This document shows positions 18,182-25,998 of a DNA stretch of 56,390 nt, in pieces; position 1 is the stretch's first letter; each line of letters begins with the position of its first letter. The notes under the pieces were generated by a model. It was not told the origin of the DNA, searched no databases, and was given only the letters and a program-made list of their open reading frames with translations. This stretch comes from Candidatus Uhrbacteria bacterium (GTDB lineage Bacteria; Patescibacteriota; Patescibacteriia; GWA2-47-26). A program made the position numbers and the translations under genes. Location: the NCBI GenBank assembly GCA_016187515.1, contig JACPJN010000005.1, forward strand, positions 1-56,390, in the 5' to 3' direction.

Positions 18182-19480
18182 ATGTTTGAAAAGAGAATAC
18201 TTAAAAATGGAGTAACCGTGGTGCATGTGCCGCTGGTCTCAACCAAGGCGGCCACAGTTTTGGTTTTGTTTCGGGTGGGATCGCGGTATGAGACGCGCAA
18301 TATCAACGGGATCGCGCATTTTGTGGAGCACATGATGTTTAAGGGGACGAAAAAGCGGCCGACCACCCTGCATATTTCCAAAGCGTTGGATCGGTATGGC
18401 GCGGAATACAACGCGTTTACCAGTAAAGATCAAACCGGTTACTACATTAAAATAGATCGCGATAAACTCGGCGAGGCCATGGATATTTTGTTTGACATGC
18501 TGCTGCACTCCAAAATTGATCCGGCCGAAGTAGATCGTGAGCGCAAGGTGATTTTTGAGGAAATAAAAATGCATGATGAAAATCCGCTGATGCATATTGA
18601 GGATATGTTTGAGAGCGTGCTTTTCCGCGGCTCAACCTTGGGATGGGACATCGCTGGCACTAAAGAGAGCATGTCCAAAGTAACGCGGCAAAACATCGCG
18701 GACTTTGTGCATGATTACTACCGGCCCTCACGTACGCTGGTGGTGGTGTGCGGAAATGTGGATGAACATATTTTCAAAGATGTGGAGAAGGGGACCCGGC
18801 AGTTGCGCGAGCCAAGACATCGTGAGCGAGTATGGAAACCGTGGGTTTCCGCCCCTCACCCTGCCCTCTCCCGCGGGGAGAGGGGTGCCGCAGGCCGGGT
18901 GAGAGTGCAATTTAAGGAATTGGAGCAAACCCAACTCATGCTCGGGTTTCCCGCGTATAAGTATGGCGACGAGCGGCTACTTACGCTTTCGCTTTTGCAT
19001 GTGATATTGGGCGGGACGATGTCTTCGCGACTATTCGTGGCCGTGCGCGAGCGGCGCGCGCTGGCCTATACGGTGCGTACGGATGTGGGGAGTTATGAAG
19101 ACACGGGATCGTTCTCTGTCCATGCCGGTCTGGACGCGGCGCGCGTGCCCGAGGCAATCAAAGTAATCCGCGCTGAACTTTCTCGTGTAGTAAAAAGTGG
19201 TGTGACAGCGCGCGAGCTGGAGGACGCGAAAAATACGATTAAGGGACGCACGGTGTTAAGTTTGGAAGAATCCAATGATCTTGCGGGCTGGTTTGCCAAG
19301 CAAGAGCTTTTTCAGGGCAAGATGGAAACACCGGAGGAGCGGTTTAAAAAACTTGATGCGGTAACGCGCGAAGATGTGTTGCGCGTAGCGCGTCAAGTAA
19401 TTCAACCCCGCAAAATGGCCGCGGCGGTAATTGGACCGTTTAAGGAGGAGGGGAAAGTGCGTGGGTATTTGTTTAAGTAA
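18182..19480 (+). CDS. M16 (pitrilysin) family zinc peptidase
   Basis: VGSRYE, HFVEH (HxxEH), NAFTS and SSRLF..VRE motifs; in-frame PHPALSRGERG insert at 18852..18885. Confidence 0.95.
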   Translation: MFEKRILKNGVTVVHVPLVSTKAATVLVLFRVGSRYETRNINGIAHFVEHMMFKGTKKRPTTLHISKALDRYGAEYNAFTSKDQTGYYIKIDRDKLGEAMDILFDMLLHSKIDPAEVDRERKVIFEEIKMHDENPLMHIEDMFESVLFRGSTLGWDIAGTKESMSKVTRQNIADFVHDYYRPSRTLVVVCGNVDEHIFKDVEKGTRQLREPRHRERVWKPWVSAPHPALSRGERGAAGRVRVQFKELEQTQLMLGFPAYKYGDERLLTLSLLHVILGGTMSSRLFVAVRERRALAYTVRTDVGSYEDTGSFSVHAGLDAARVPEAIKVIRAELSRVVKSGVTARELEDAKNTIKGRTVLSLEESNDLAGWFAKQELFQGKMETPEERFKKLDAVTREDVLRVARQVIQPRKMAAAVIGPFKEEGKVRGYLFK

Positions 19481-19489
19481 ATGTCATAA

Positions 19490-19620
19490 TTCCCACTATT
19501 CCTTATTACCTCCGACGCCCTGCGGGGTCGGAGTCCGACCTCCGACGCTCCGGTCGGAGCAGGCGAAGCGTCGGACTTAAGAGGGGGGATCGACTAGATT
19601 CCCGCGTGCGCGGGAATGAC
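19490..19620. repeat. Nested cluster of three palindromic element families
   Basis: A TTACC|TTAAGAGGGGG element is split by CCGAC-type hairpins (19510..19576) and followed by GATTCCCGCGTGCGCGGGAATGAC. Confidence 0.8.
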
Positions 19621-19626
19621 ATTGTT

Positions 19627-20358
19627 ATGAAAAAACTTATTGTGGCGAATTGGAAAATGTACCTTACTCTTAGTCAGAGCGTAACTCTGACTAAGAGAAT
19701 TTCCAAATCACAAATCACAAATCACAAATTGAGGGTGGTGCTGTGTCCGTCTTTTGTGGCGCTGGAGGAAGTGGGAAAGATCGTGCATGGCACGCGCGTG
19801 AAACTTGGCGCGCAGGATGTTGAGCCGGAAAAGCGCGGGGCGTTTACCGGCGAGGTGGGACTTGACGATCTGGCCTCACTTCAGGTAGAATACGTCCTTG
19901 TTGGCCATTCCGAGCGGCGGCGGATTTTCCATGAAACCGATGCGCTGGTCAACGAAAAGTTGCGCGCGGTAATCAAAGCCGGAATGCGGCCGATCCTATG
20001 TGTCGGGGAGCCGCATGGCGTGAGAACGCAGGGGATGGCGAAGGTACGAAGGTATGTAGGTACGCAGGTAAAAACTGGACTTCGCGGTGTGGCGAAGAAA
20101 GATTTAAGGCGTACCGTGATTGCCTACGAGCCGATTTGGGCGATTGGGAGTGGAAAATCTGATATGCCTGAAGACGCGGTCCAAATGCACGCCTGGATTC
20201 GTAAGGTTGTCGGTATCAAAAGCGTGCGGATTCTCTACGGCGGCAGCGTCAGCGCAAAAAACGCCCGCGCGTTTCTGCGCGCGCCGGGTATAGACGGTCT
20301 GCTGATTGGAAAAGCGAGCGTTAACCTCGGTCAGTGGCGAGCGATTACTCATCTATAA
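19627..20358 (+). CDS. tpiA: Triosephosphate isomerase
   Basis: VANWKM, GHSERR, AYEPIWAIG and YGGSV motifs. Confidence 0.97.
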   Translation: MKKLIVANWKMYLTLSQSVTLTKRISKSQITNHKLRVVLCPSFVALEEVGKIVHGTRVKLGAQDVEPEKRGAFTGEVGLDDLASLQVEYVLVGHSERRRIFHETDALVNEKLRAVIKAGMRPILCVGEPHGVRTQGMAKVRRYVGTQVKTGLRGVAKKDLRRTVIAYEPIWAIGSGKSDMPEDAVQMHAWIRKVVGIKSVRILYGGSVSAKNARAFLRAPGIDGLLIGKASVNLGQWRAITHL

Positions 20359-20366
20359 GCGGTCTT

Positions 20367-21128
20367 ATGATTATTGGTATTTTAGCGGTTGCCGCGCTTG
20401 TCGCGCTGGGGGTCATGGCTTGGGTCGTGGTTCCGAAATTATCACTGCTATCATCACTGCAAATTGAAGAATCTCCGCGGGAGCGGTGGAGACGCCTTAA
20501 AAAGCATATTGTAATTAGCCGGATGATCAGAAAAGTCAAAGAGCAGTCGACCGAGCTGGAAAAAAGGATATTCAATAAAGAACGCCGAGCGCGGTTTCGC
20601 TTCCGCATCGAAAGCGCGATTGCAAAATTGAGGAAACTGGAGGAAAATTATCGCGAGCAGACCAAGGATCACAAGATTGTAATGCTGTTAAAAAAGGCGG
20701 CCGAGCAGCTGGAGGATAATTCAGAAAGCGCGGAAGAAAAATTTTTGGAGGTGGTGCGGCTTGATCCGCACAATCTTGAGGCCTATGAAGGTCTTTTACA
20801 GATCTATCTTACTCGGAAAAAGCTGGCGGAGGCCTCCGAGATAGTTGATTTTCTAAAGAAAATAAACCCGGCTTCGGTTGGCCGGTACTCCTTTGATCTG
20901 GCAAAGTTGCTGCTGGAAGGAGGGGAGTTTAAAAAAGCCAGGAAGTATGGCGAGCAGGCGCTTAAAGATGAACCGGAAAATCCCAAGTACCTTGATTTTT
21001 TGATTGAGGTTGCTATACTGGGTGGCAAGCGCGGCGAGGCGCAGCAGCACGTGGACAGATTAAGGGAGGTTAACCCGGAGAACGCCAAGATCGTCGAATT
21101 TGAGAGTAGGATCGGGGCATTAAATTAG
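20367..21128 (+). CDS. Membrane-anchored TPR protein
   Basis: N-terminal TM; repeats ending LDPHN..AY, EPENPKY and NPEN. Confidence 0.85.
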   Translation: MIIGILAVAALVALGVMAWVVVPKLSLLSSLQIEESPRERWRRLKKHIVISRMIRKVKEQSTELEKRIFNKERRARFRFRIESAIAKLRKLEENYREQTKDHKIVMLLKKAAEQLEDNSESAEEKFLEVVRLDPHNLEAYEGLLQIYLTRKKLAEASEIVDFLKKINPASVGRYSFDLAKLLLEGGEFKKARKYGEQALKDEPENPKYLDFLIEVAILGGKRGEAQQHVDRLREVNPENAKIVEFESRIGALN

Positions 21129-21129
21129 C

Positions 21130-21204
21130 GCCGTTGTAGCTCAGTGGTAGAGCAACTCCATGGTAAGGAGTAGGTCGCCGGTTCAATCCCGGCCAACGGC
21201 TCCA
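21130..21204 (+). tRNA. tRNA-Thr(GGT)
   Basis: Cloverleaf with GCCGTTG/CAACGGC acceptor stem, anticodon loop ATGGTAA and encoded CCA. Confidence 0.96.
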
Positions 21205-21217
21205 GATAAGCGAGTGT

Positions 21218-21301
21218 GGGCAGGTGGCAGAGCGGTCAAATGCACCTGACTGTAAATCAGGCGCCCCTGTGGCTACCTAGGTTCGAATCCTAGCCTGCCC
21301 A
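21218..21301 (+). tRNA. tRNA-Tyr(GTA)
   Basis: GGGCAGG/CCTGCCC acceptor stem, loop CTGTAAA, long variable arm; CCA not encoded. Confidence 0.95.
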
Positions 21302-21424
21302 ATTTTCTGGTTAGTTTTGTAAAAGCTGAATTCGCGAAGAATTCACTTTTTGGTTTCAGACAAAAAAATACGACCCCACGCACGGTGCATGAGGTCAAGG
21401 AACGATTTACTACTCCTTACTACA

Positions 21425-22192
21425 CTACTCCACGTAGCAGGATTTGTCGTCGTGGTGTTGCTGGTGGGGTTGGCAGGTGCTGTAATCCACGCAGAATTTT
21501 GACCCGCCTTTGTAGTAATCTTCTGGCGAGCAGAGGCGCGGTATGTTGTCTGTACACTCGATGAAATTGCCTTGGGTATTGCGGTAGATCACCGTGACGT
21601 GTGTCTTACCGCGATCACACCACAACTTGCGACTCCAGAATTTACCGGGTGCCTGGCGAGAGAGACAAGTTCGCCCATCAATCTCTCCGGCGGTAGCACA
21701 CGGGCTGTCGCTAAAGGGGCGAGCGTAAGCGCACCAGAACACTTCGCCGCGCTTGGTCACGTAAGGGACTACGCGCGGACATTCCGGCTCCGGCACAGAT
21801 GAGTCCGAGCGGCGCGTACTTTCTCCCGGACCTGGAGTCATGGAGTATTGGCGTGTGTTTGGCGCGTGACATGGAGGCATTATACTTGCCACGAAGAACA
21901 TGGCAAGCAGAATCTCGGTGAGCCGACCGAGTAGCCACATCCGCAATATCCGTTCCACTACGAGTGGCTGCCACCAGGGATCGCGGGGAGTCGGCGCATA
22001 CCTGGTCTCGCACAACCACGCGGCGCGTAGTGCAAGCGTACATGCCAGGAGGATTCCTGTAGTTGTAAGGAGCAGCACCGGCCTCGTATTCCACGACAGG
22101 GCGAACATGATGGCCGTCATTGCCGCAAAGGCAATAGTGAGAATCCGGTAGGACTTTACGTCCGCAGAGGTTGGAGACAGTGTCGTATCCAT
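21425..22192 (-). CDS. Hypothetical membrane protein with a Cys-rich C-terminal domain
   Basis: GGAGG SD, promoter TTGACA-17-TGTAAT (22256..22228), 3 TM, about 10 Cys, and a terminator near 21362..21397. Confidence 0.75.
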   Translation of the reverse strand: MDTTLSPTSADVKSYRILTIAFAAMTAIMFALSWNTRPVLLLTTTGILLACTLALRAAWLCETRYAPTPRDPWWQPLVVERILRMWLLGRLTEILLAMFFVASIMPPCHAPNTRQYSMTPGPGESTRRSDSSVPEPECPRVVPYVTKRGEVFWCAYARPFSDSPCATAGEIDGRTCLSRQAPGKFWSRKLWCDRGKTHVTVIYRNTQGNFIECTDNIPRLCSPEDYYKGGSKFCVDYSTCQPHQQHHDDKSCYVE

Positions 22193-22327
22193 CGGTTATT
22201 CCTCCCTCTTGAGAAGGCCTCGCCCTCATTACAACACGAAAGCTAGCCCTTGTCAAGTGCTGTGCCAACGTGCTATATTACGAAGACAGACAATAGTGAA
22301 ATCTGGATCCCGTGCATTCAGAATTTT

Positions 22328-22390
22328 GCCACCTTAGGGCCGACGCTACGGTCGGTCGGCCGACTGAAACGTCGGCCCTCAATGGTAGAG
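22328..22390 (+). pseudogene. tRNA 5' fragment interrupted by a 40-nt hairpin
   Basis: GCCACCTTAG [insert 22338..22377] CTCAATGGTAGAG. Confidence 0.6.
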
Positions 22391-22403
22391 TCCCGCACCT
22401 TTT

Positions 22404-22477
22404 GCCAACGTAGCTCAGTGGCAGAGCAGCTGTTTTGTCCCCCTGCGGCGGATCACCCGTAGGGTGATAAACAGTAG
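22404..22477 (+). pseudogene. Truncated tRNA-Thr(TGT) with a 30-nt insert in the anticodon loop
   Basis: GCCAACG TA GCTC..GAGC A GCTGT TTTGT [22439..22468] AA ACAGT AG; no T-arm or 3' acceptor strand. Confidence 0.75.
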
Positions 22478-22552
22478 GCCGATGTAGCTCAATGGCAGAG
22501 CAACGCTTTTGTAAAGCGTAGGTTGTCGGTTCAACTCCGACCATCGGCTCCA
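22478..22552 (+). tRNA. tRNA-Thr(TGT)
   Basis: GCCGATG/CATCGGC acceptor stem, loop TTTGTAA, encoded CCA. Confidence 0.96.
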
Positions 22553-22603
22553 GAATCTGACAACCCATGATTCATTATTCCTGATTCATAATTCATTCAA
22601 CGT

Positions 22604-22759
22604 ATGTCCCAAGACAATCTTATCAAGTTCGAATGCACCGTGTGCAAAAAGATAAATTATCACTCCACGAAAAATAAGAAGACGCTCAAGAACCGGCTGG
22701 AACTCAATAAATTCTGCAAGGGGTGCAGGAAGCATACGGGGCATAAAGAAACGAAGTAA
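22604..22759 (+). CDS. rpmG: 50S ribosomal protein L33, zinc-binding type (not in the ORF track)
   Basis: Translated by hand: [51 protein letters not shown]. Confidence 0.96.
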   Translation: MSQDNLIKFECTVCKKINYHSTKNKKTLKNRLELNKFCKGCRKHTGHKETK

Positions 22760-22855
22760 ACGGGATAGCCATGGATAGGAGACAGGATAGCCACAGGATC
22801 ACAGATCCGTGATCAGTCGGCCATCCGTCAAAAATCAGTGGCAATCCGTGTTCAC

Positions 22856-23545
22856 ATGAACCCCATTATCAAGATTCTCATTTTCGCGGATTTTTTCGTG
22901 TTTTCCGGTCTGGGGCTGATTAACCCGATTTTTGCGGTTTTTATCAAAGAAGATTTGCGCGGCGCAACGCTGGCCTCGGTCGGCATGGCCGCCACGATTT
23001 TTCTGGTGGTCAAAGCCGTTTTACAGATTCCGATCGCGCGCTTTACTGATCGGGAGCCAGCCAGTTTGCGAGAGTTTTGGACTCTGGTTGTCGGGCAGGG
23101 TATTATCGCGATTGTACCCTTTTTGTATCTCCTAATTGATAGTGTGGGAGAGCTTTATGGCGTGCAAGCGCTTTATGGCCTTGGCGCGGCCTTGGCCTTC
23201 CCCGGCTTTATGGCCATCTTCACCAAATTCGGCGATCATGAAAAAGCCGCGTTTTCTTGGTCGCTGCATAGTACCGTGGTCTTGCTTTCCATGGCCGCTG
23301 CCGCGGGTATTGGCGGATATGTTGGCCAGCACTATGGATTTAGGGTTTTGCTTGTCGGCGTTGGGGCGCTGACTTTTTTGGGATTTTTTACCACGCTTGG
23401 CCTCGCGCTTTTTTACCGCGAATTGAGTAATGAGAAATTAAAAGCGGGCGGTTCATTTTGGAAGCGTTTAGCGTCCGCGCTGCGGCGCAGTAAACAACCG
23501 CCGCCGCCTCCGGCCGCGCTGGCCGGAACAAGTGTTCCGAAATGA
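22856..23545 (+). CDS. Half-size (6 TM) MFS-like transporter
   Basis: GLINPIFAVFI, QIPIARFTDR and YGLGAALAFP motifs. Confidence 0.8.
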   Translation: MNPIIKILIFADFFVFSGLGLINPIFAVFIKEDLRGATLASVGMAATIFLVVKAVLQIPIARFTDREPASLREFWTLVVGQGIIAIVPFLYLLIDSVGELYGVQALYGLGAALAFPGFMAIFTKFGDHEKAAFSWSLHSTVVLLSMAAAAGIGGYVGQHYGFRVLLVGVGALTFLGFFTTLGLALFYRELSNEKLKAGGSFWKRLASALRRSKQPPPPPAALAGTSVPK

Positions 23546-23664
23546 GAAGAAGAAGGAGGATTCTGCCCGTTTCGGGCGGTAAATGGGGCGGTAAGAAAAT
23601 TTGACAGATTTAAGGATGGTTGATATAGTGGGAGTGTAATACATAGTATTAACTATCATTCAAT

Positions 23665-23898
23665 ATGCGCACATCATCTCTAGTAAGTATTTCTCTGCCG
23701 CCTTCAATGGTCAAGGAAGCCGAAAAGGTCGCGAAAAAGAAACATATGACCCGTTCAGAGTTTATGCGCGCCGCGCTGCGGCATTTTATTGAGGAGATGC
23801 AGTTTGATGAAGCGGTTCGTATTGCGGATGAAGAATTAAAGACCGGAAAGTACAAGGTCTTGCCGCCGGGTGGTCTTGCCGCCTTAATACAACGGTAA
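23665..23898 (+). CDS. CopG/ribbon-helix-helix antitoxin-like protein
   Basis: VSISLP..AKKKHMTRSEFMRAALRHF. Confidence 0.85.
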   Translation: MRTSSLVSISLPPSMVKEAEKVAKKKHMTRSEFMRAALRHFIEEMQFDEAVRIADEELKTGKYKVLPPGGLAALIQR

Positions 23899-24020
23899 AA
23901 GGTACTCGCAAAGACCACTGGTCGTTTTCAATCACCTATAAACATCGTATCGTGTTCAGATTTCTTAGCGGCGATACGGTGTATTTTGTTGATGTAGGAG
24001 ATCACTCGATATATCTATGA
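23898..24020 (+). pseudogene. C-terminal remnant of a RelE/YafQ-like toxin
   Basis: Hand translation: KGTRKDHWSFSITYKHRIVFRFLSGDTVYFVDVGDHSIYL*; no N-terminal half. Confidence 0.75.
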
Positions 24021-24271
24021 AACTTCAATTTCAAAAATCCGAAATTGGAAATGCGGCCGTATTTATCCGCCGTTGCGGATATGGAGAGTATTACGATCGG
24101 CGGATGAGAAAAACCAGCTATATGAAGCGGGCGCGGATGAGCGATATGTTTCCGCGTTACCATGTCTATATTGAAGAGCAGGGCGAGGAGGTCGTGCTCG
24201 ATTTGCATTTGGATCAAAAACGGCCGAGTTATGAAGGGTCGGCCATGCACAGCGGGGAATATGACGGGGCG
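24007..24271 (+). repeat. 265-bp direct repeat, copy 1 (copy 2 at 25546..25810)
   Basis: Near-identical from CGATATATCTATG to GACGGGGCG. Confidence 0.95.
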
Positions 24272-24304
24272 TTTGACAGGTTGGGCTGTTTGTGCTATTA
24301 TTAA
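24017..24304 (+). CDS. Hypothetical protein, copy 1 (C-terminus possibly truncated)
   Basis: FPRYHVYI..LHLDQKRPSY..HSGEYDG; duplicated. Confidence 0.65.
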   Translation: MKLQFQKSEIGNAAVFIRRCGYGEYYDRRMRKTSYMKRARMSDMFPRYHVYIEEQGEEVVLDLHLDQKRPSYEGSAMHSGEYDGAFDRLGCLCYY

Positions 24305-24461
24305 GCGTTGCTCCTTAATATTAAGAATTTGGCTTGAAAACGGCGTGGTGTGGTTATATCTATGACCTCACGCCGCCGTTTTCAATCAAAGGCAAGTTCG
24401 TACAACCGTGAATGTTCACGGAACGGACCAGCCGAACGGCACAAAAAGGAGGCAAGCCATC

Positions 24462-25274
24462 ATGGCCAGCCTTTCGACCGCAACGGACGGAGAGATCACG
24501 GAGTTCAAGAGGCGTCTCGGTCGCGCGGGGTTCAGCGCGGAGATCATCCGCGAAGTGAACCGTGGTGACGACAACGTGCTCGCCACGACCATGTACGAGG
24601 CCCTGATGCGCCACCCGCGCTTCACCCTCGTCCACGGCGTGTTCACGAAGCAGGACAACGTGCTCGCGGCCTTCAAGGCGCGCTGCGCGGCGAAGGACAT
24701 CAACTTCGGCAAGTTCTCGTGGGTCGGTCCCGAAACCGCGCCCGACTTCGATCCGGACGATCCGGAGACGGTCGTCGTCCTCGACGCCACCCTCGACACG
24801 CTCCAGAACACGTTCGAGTTCGCCTGGGCGTGGACGGTCGACGGACAGGACGACAAGTGGCGCTGGGATGGCATGGTGTCGGATGCCAGCAAGCTCCGAC
24901 TCCTGTCCGATGAGCGTCCGGACGATGCCGAGGGTGACAGCCCCGAGTTCAAGCCCTGGACGATCTCGTGGCGTCGCATCAAGCTCAACACCTTCGTCGG
25001 CAAGAAGCCCGGCGACGTGCGCAACGCGAAGTCCTCGCCCGGCTGCGCCCTGCTCTTCGTGGCGGCGGAGCACCCGGCCCGGATCAAGGCCACGGACTAC
25101 AAGACCCGCTTCGGCTTCTGGCTCGCTGGCCTGAAGTGCACGGCGCCCGACGAGGAGCCGTGGCAGGACGTTCCGTACGTCAGCTTCAACCTCGGCCACC
25201 GTCAGGTGGAGCTCTCCTCGGACCCGTGCCCTGACGCCCACGGCCACCTCGCCGTGCCGTCCTTCAGGGAGTAG
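24462..25274 (+). CDS. GC-rich hypothetical protein
   Basis: AGGAGG SD before ATG 24462, promoter TTGACA-17-TATTAT at 24273..24301, strong GC3 bias. Confidence 0.8.
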   Translation: MASLSTATDGEITEFKRRLGRAGFSAEIIREVNRGDDNVLATTMYEALMRHPRFTLVHGVFTKQDNVLAAFKARCAAKDINFGKFSWVGPETAPDFDPDDPETVVVLDATLDTLQNTFEFAWAWTVDGQDDKWRWDGMVSDASKLRLLSDERPDDAEGDSPEFKPWTISWRRIKLNTFVGKKPGDVRNAKSSPGCALLFVAAEHPARIKATDYKTRFGFWLAGLKCTAPDEEPWQDVPYVSFNLGHRQVELSSDPCPDAHGHLAVPSFRE

Positions 25275-25555
25275 AGGAGCTCGTACCTCGGACTCTTGGG
25301 TCTCGGGGATCATGGACTTCGGTCCTTGGTTCTCGAGCCCTTTTTTAATTTACTGCATTATGATATTCTGGCATTGGAGAGTAGGCTCATGAATCTTGAT
25401 TGAAGGATCAAGATCGCCGAAATCCGCTCAATTCGCAAAAGCCGCCAGAGTCTTCACTTATTTGTAAGTGTTGAGCGTGTGGCGCGAATGATGAGTACTC
25501 CGTGCTTCTTTTTGGGACTGGTCTATACAAAGAAGCGAGTCCCGCCGATATATCT

Positions 25556-25903
25556 ATGAAACTTCGATTTCAAAAATCAGAAATTGGAAATGCGGCCGTA
25601 TTTATCCGCCGTTGCGGATATGGCGAGTATTACGATCGGCGGATGAGGAAGGTGAGTTATATGAAGCGAGCGCGGATGAGCGATATGTTTCCGCGTTACC
25701 ATGTCTATATTGAAGAGCAGGGCGAGGAGGTCGTGCTCGATTTGCATTTGGATCAAAAACGGCCGAGTTATGAAGGGTCGGCCATGCACAGCGGGGAATA
25801 TGACGGGGCGACGACAGCAGGTGAAAAAATAACAAATAACAAATTCCAAATTACAAACAAATCACAAACTCCAATGATCGAAATTACAAATTCAAGTTTG
25901 TAA
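25556..25903 (+). CDS. Hypothetical protein, copy 2 (tail read from a heptamer repeat)
   Basis: Same first 85 aa as 24017..24304 apart from two substitutions. Confidence 0.6.
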   Translation: MKLRFQKSEIGNAAVFIRRCGYGEYYDRRMRKVSYMKRARMSDMFPRYHVYIEEQGEEVVLDLHLDQKRPSYEGSAMHSGEYDGATTAGEKITNNKFQITNKSQTPMIEITNSSL

Positions 25904-25945
25904 TTTGTAAATTGTGGTTTCCTTGGGATTTGTGATTTGGAATTT
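25827..25945. repeat. Bipartite inverted heptamer repeat (CAAATNN)n/(NNATTTG)n
   Basis: Shares CAAATTCCAAATTACAAACAAATC and TTTGTGATTTGGAATTT with 46537..46650. Confidence 0.9.
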
Positions 25946-25998
25946 TATATGGTATAGTTTTTAACGAAGTTTAGTTGTATCTGTGGATAATATCGTGT

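Noticed and set aside
22404-22477. Functional intron-containing tRNA-Thr
   Set aside because: No T-arm or matching 3' acceptor strand, and the insert is too short for a self-splicing intron.
24360-25313. 317-aa minus-strand ORF
   Set aside because: Shadow of the GC3-rich plus-strand gene, which has the SD, promoter and terminator.
25389-25559. Possible degraded ORF or RNA before repeat copy 2 (MNLD*RIKIAEIRSIRK...PIYL*)
   Set aside because: Internal stop and no recognisable motif or convincing structure.
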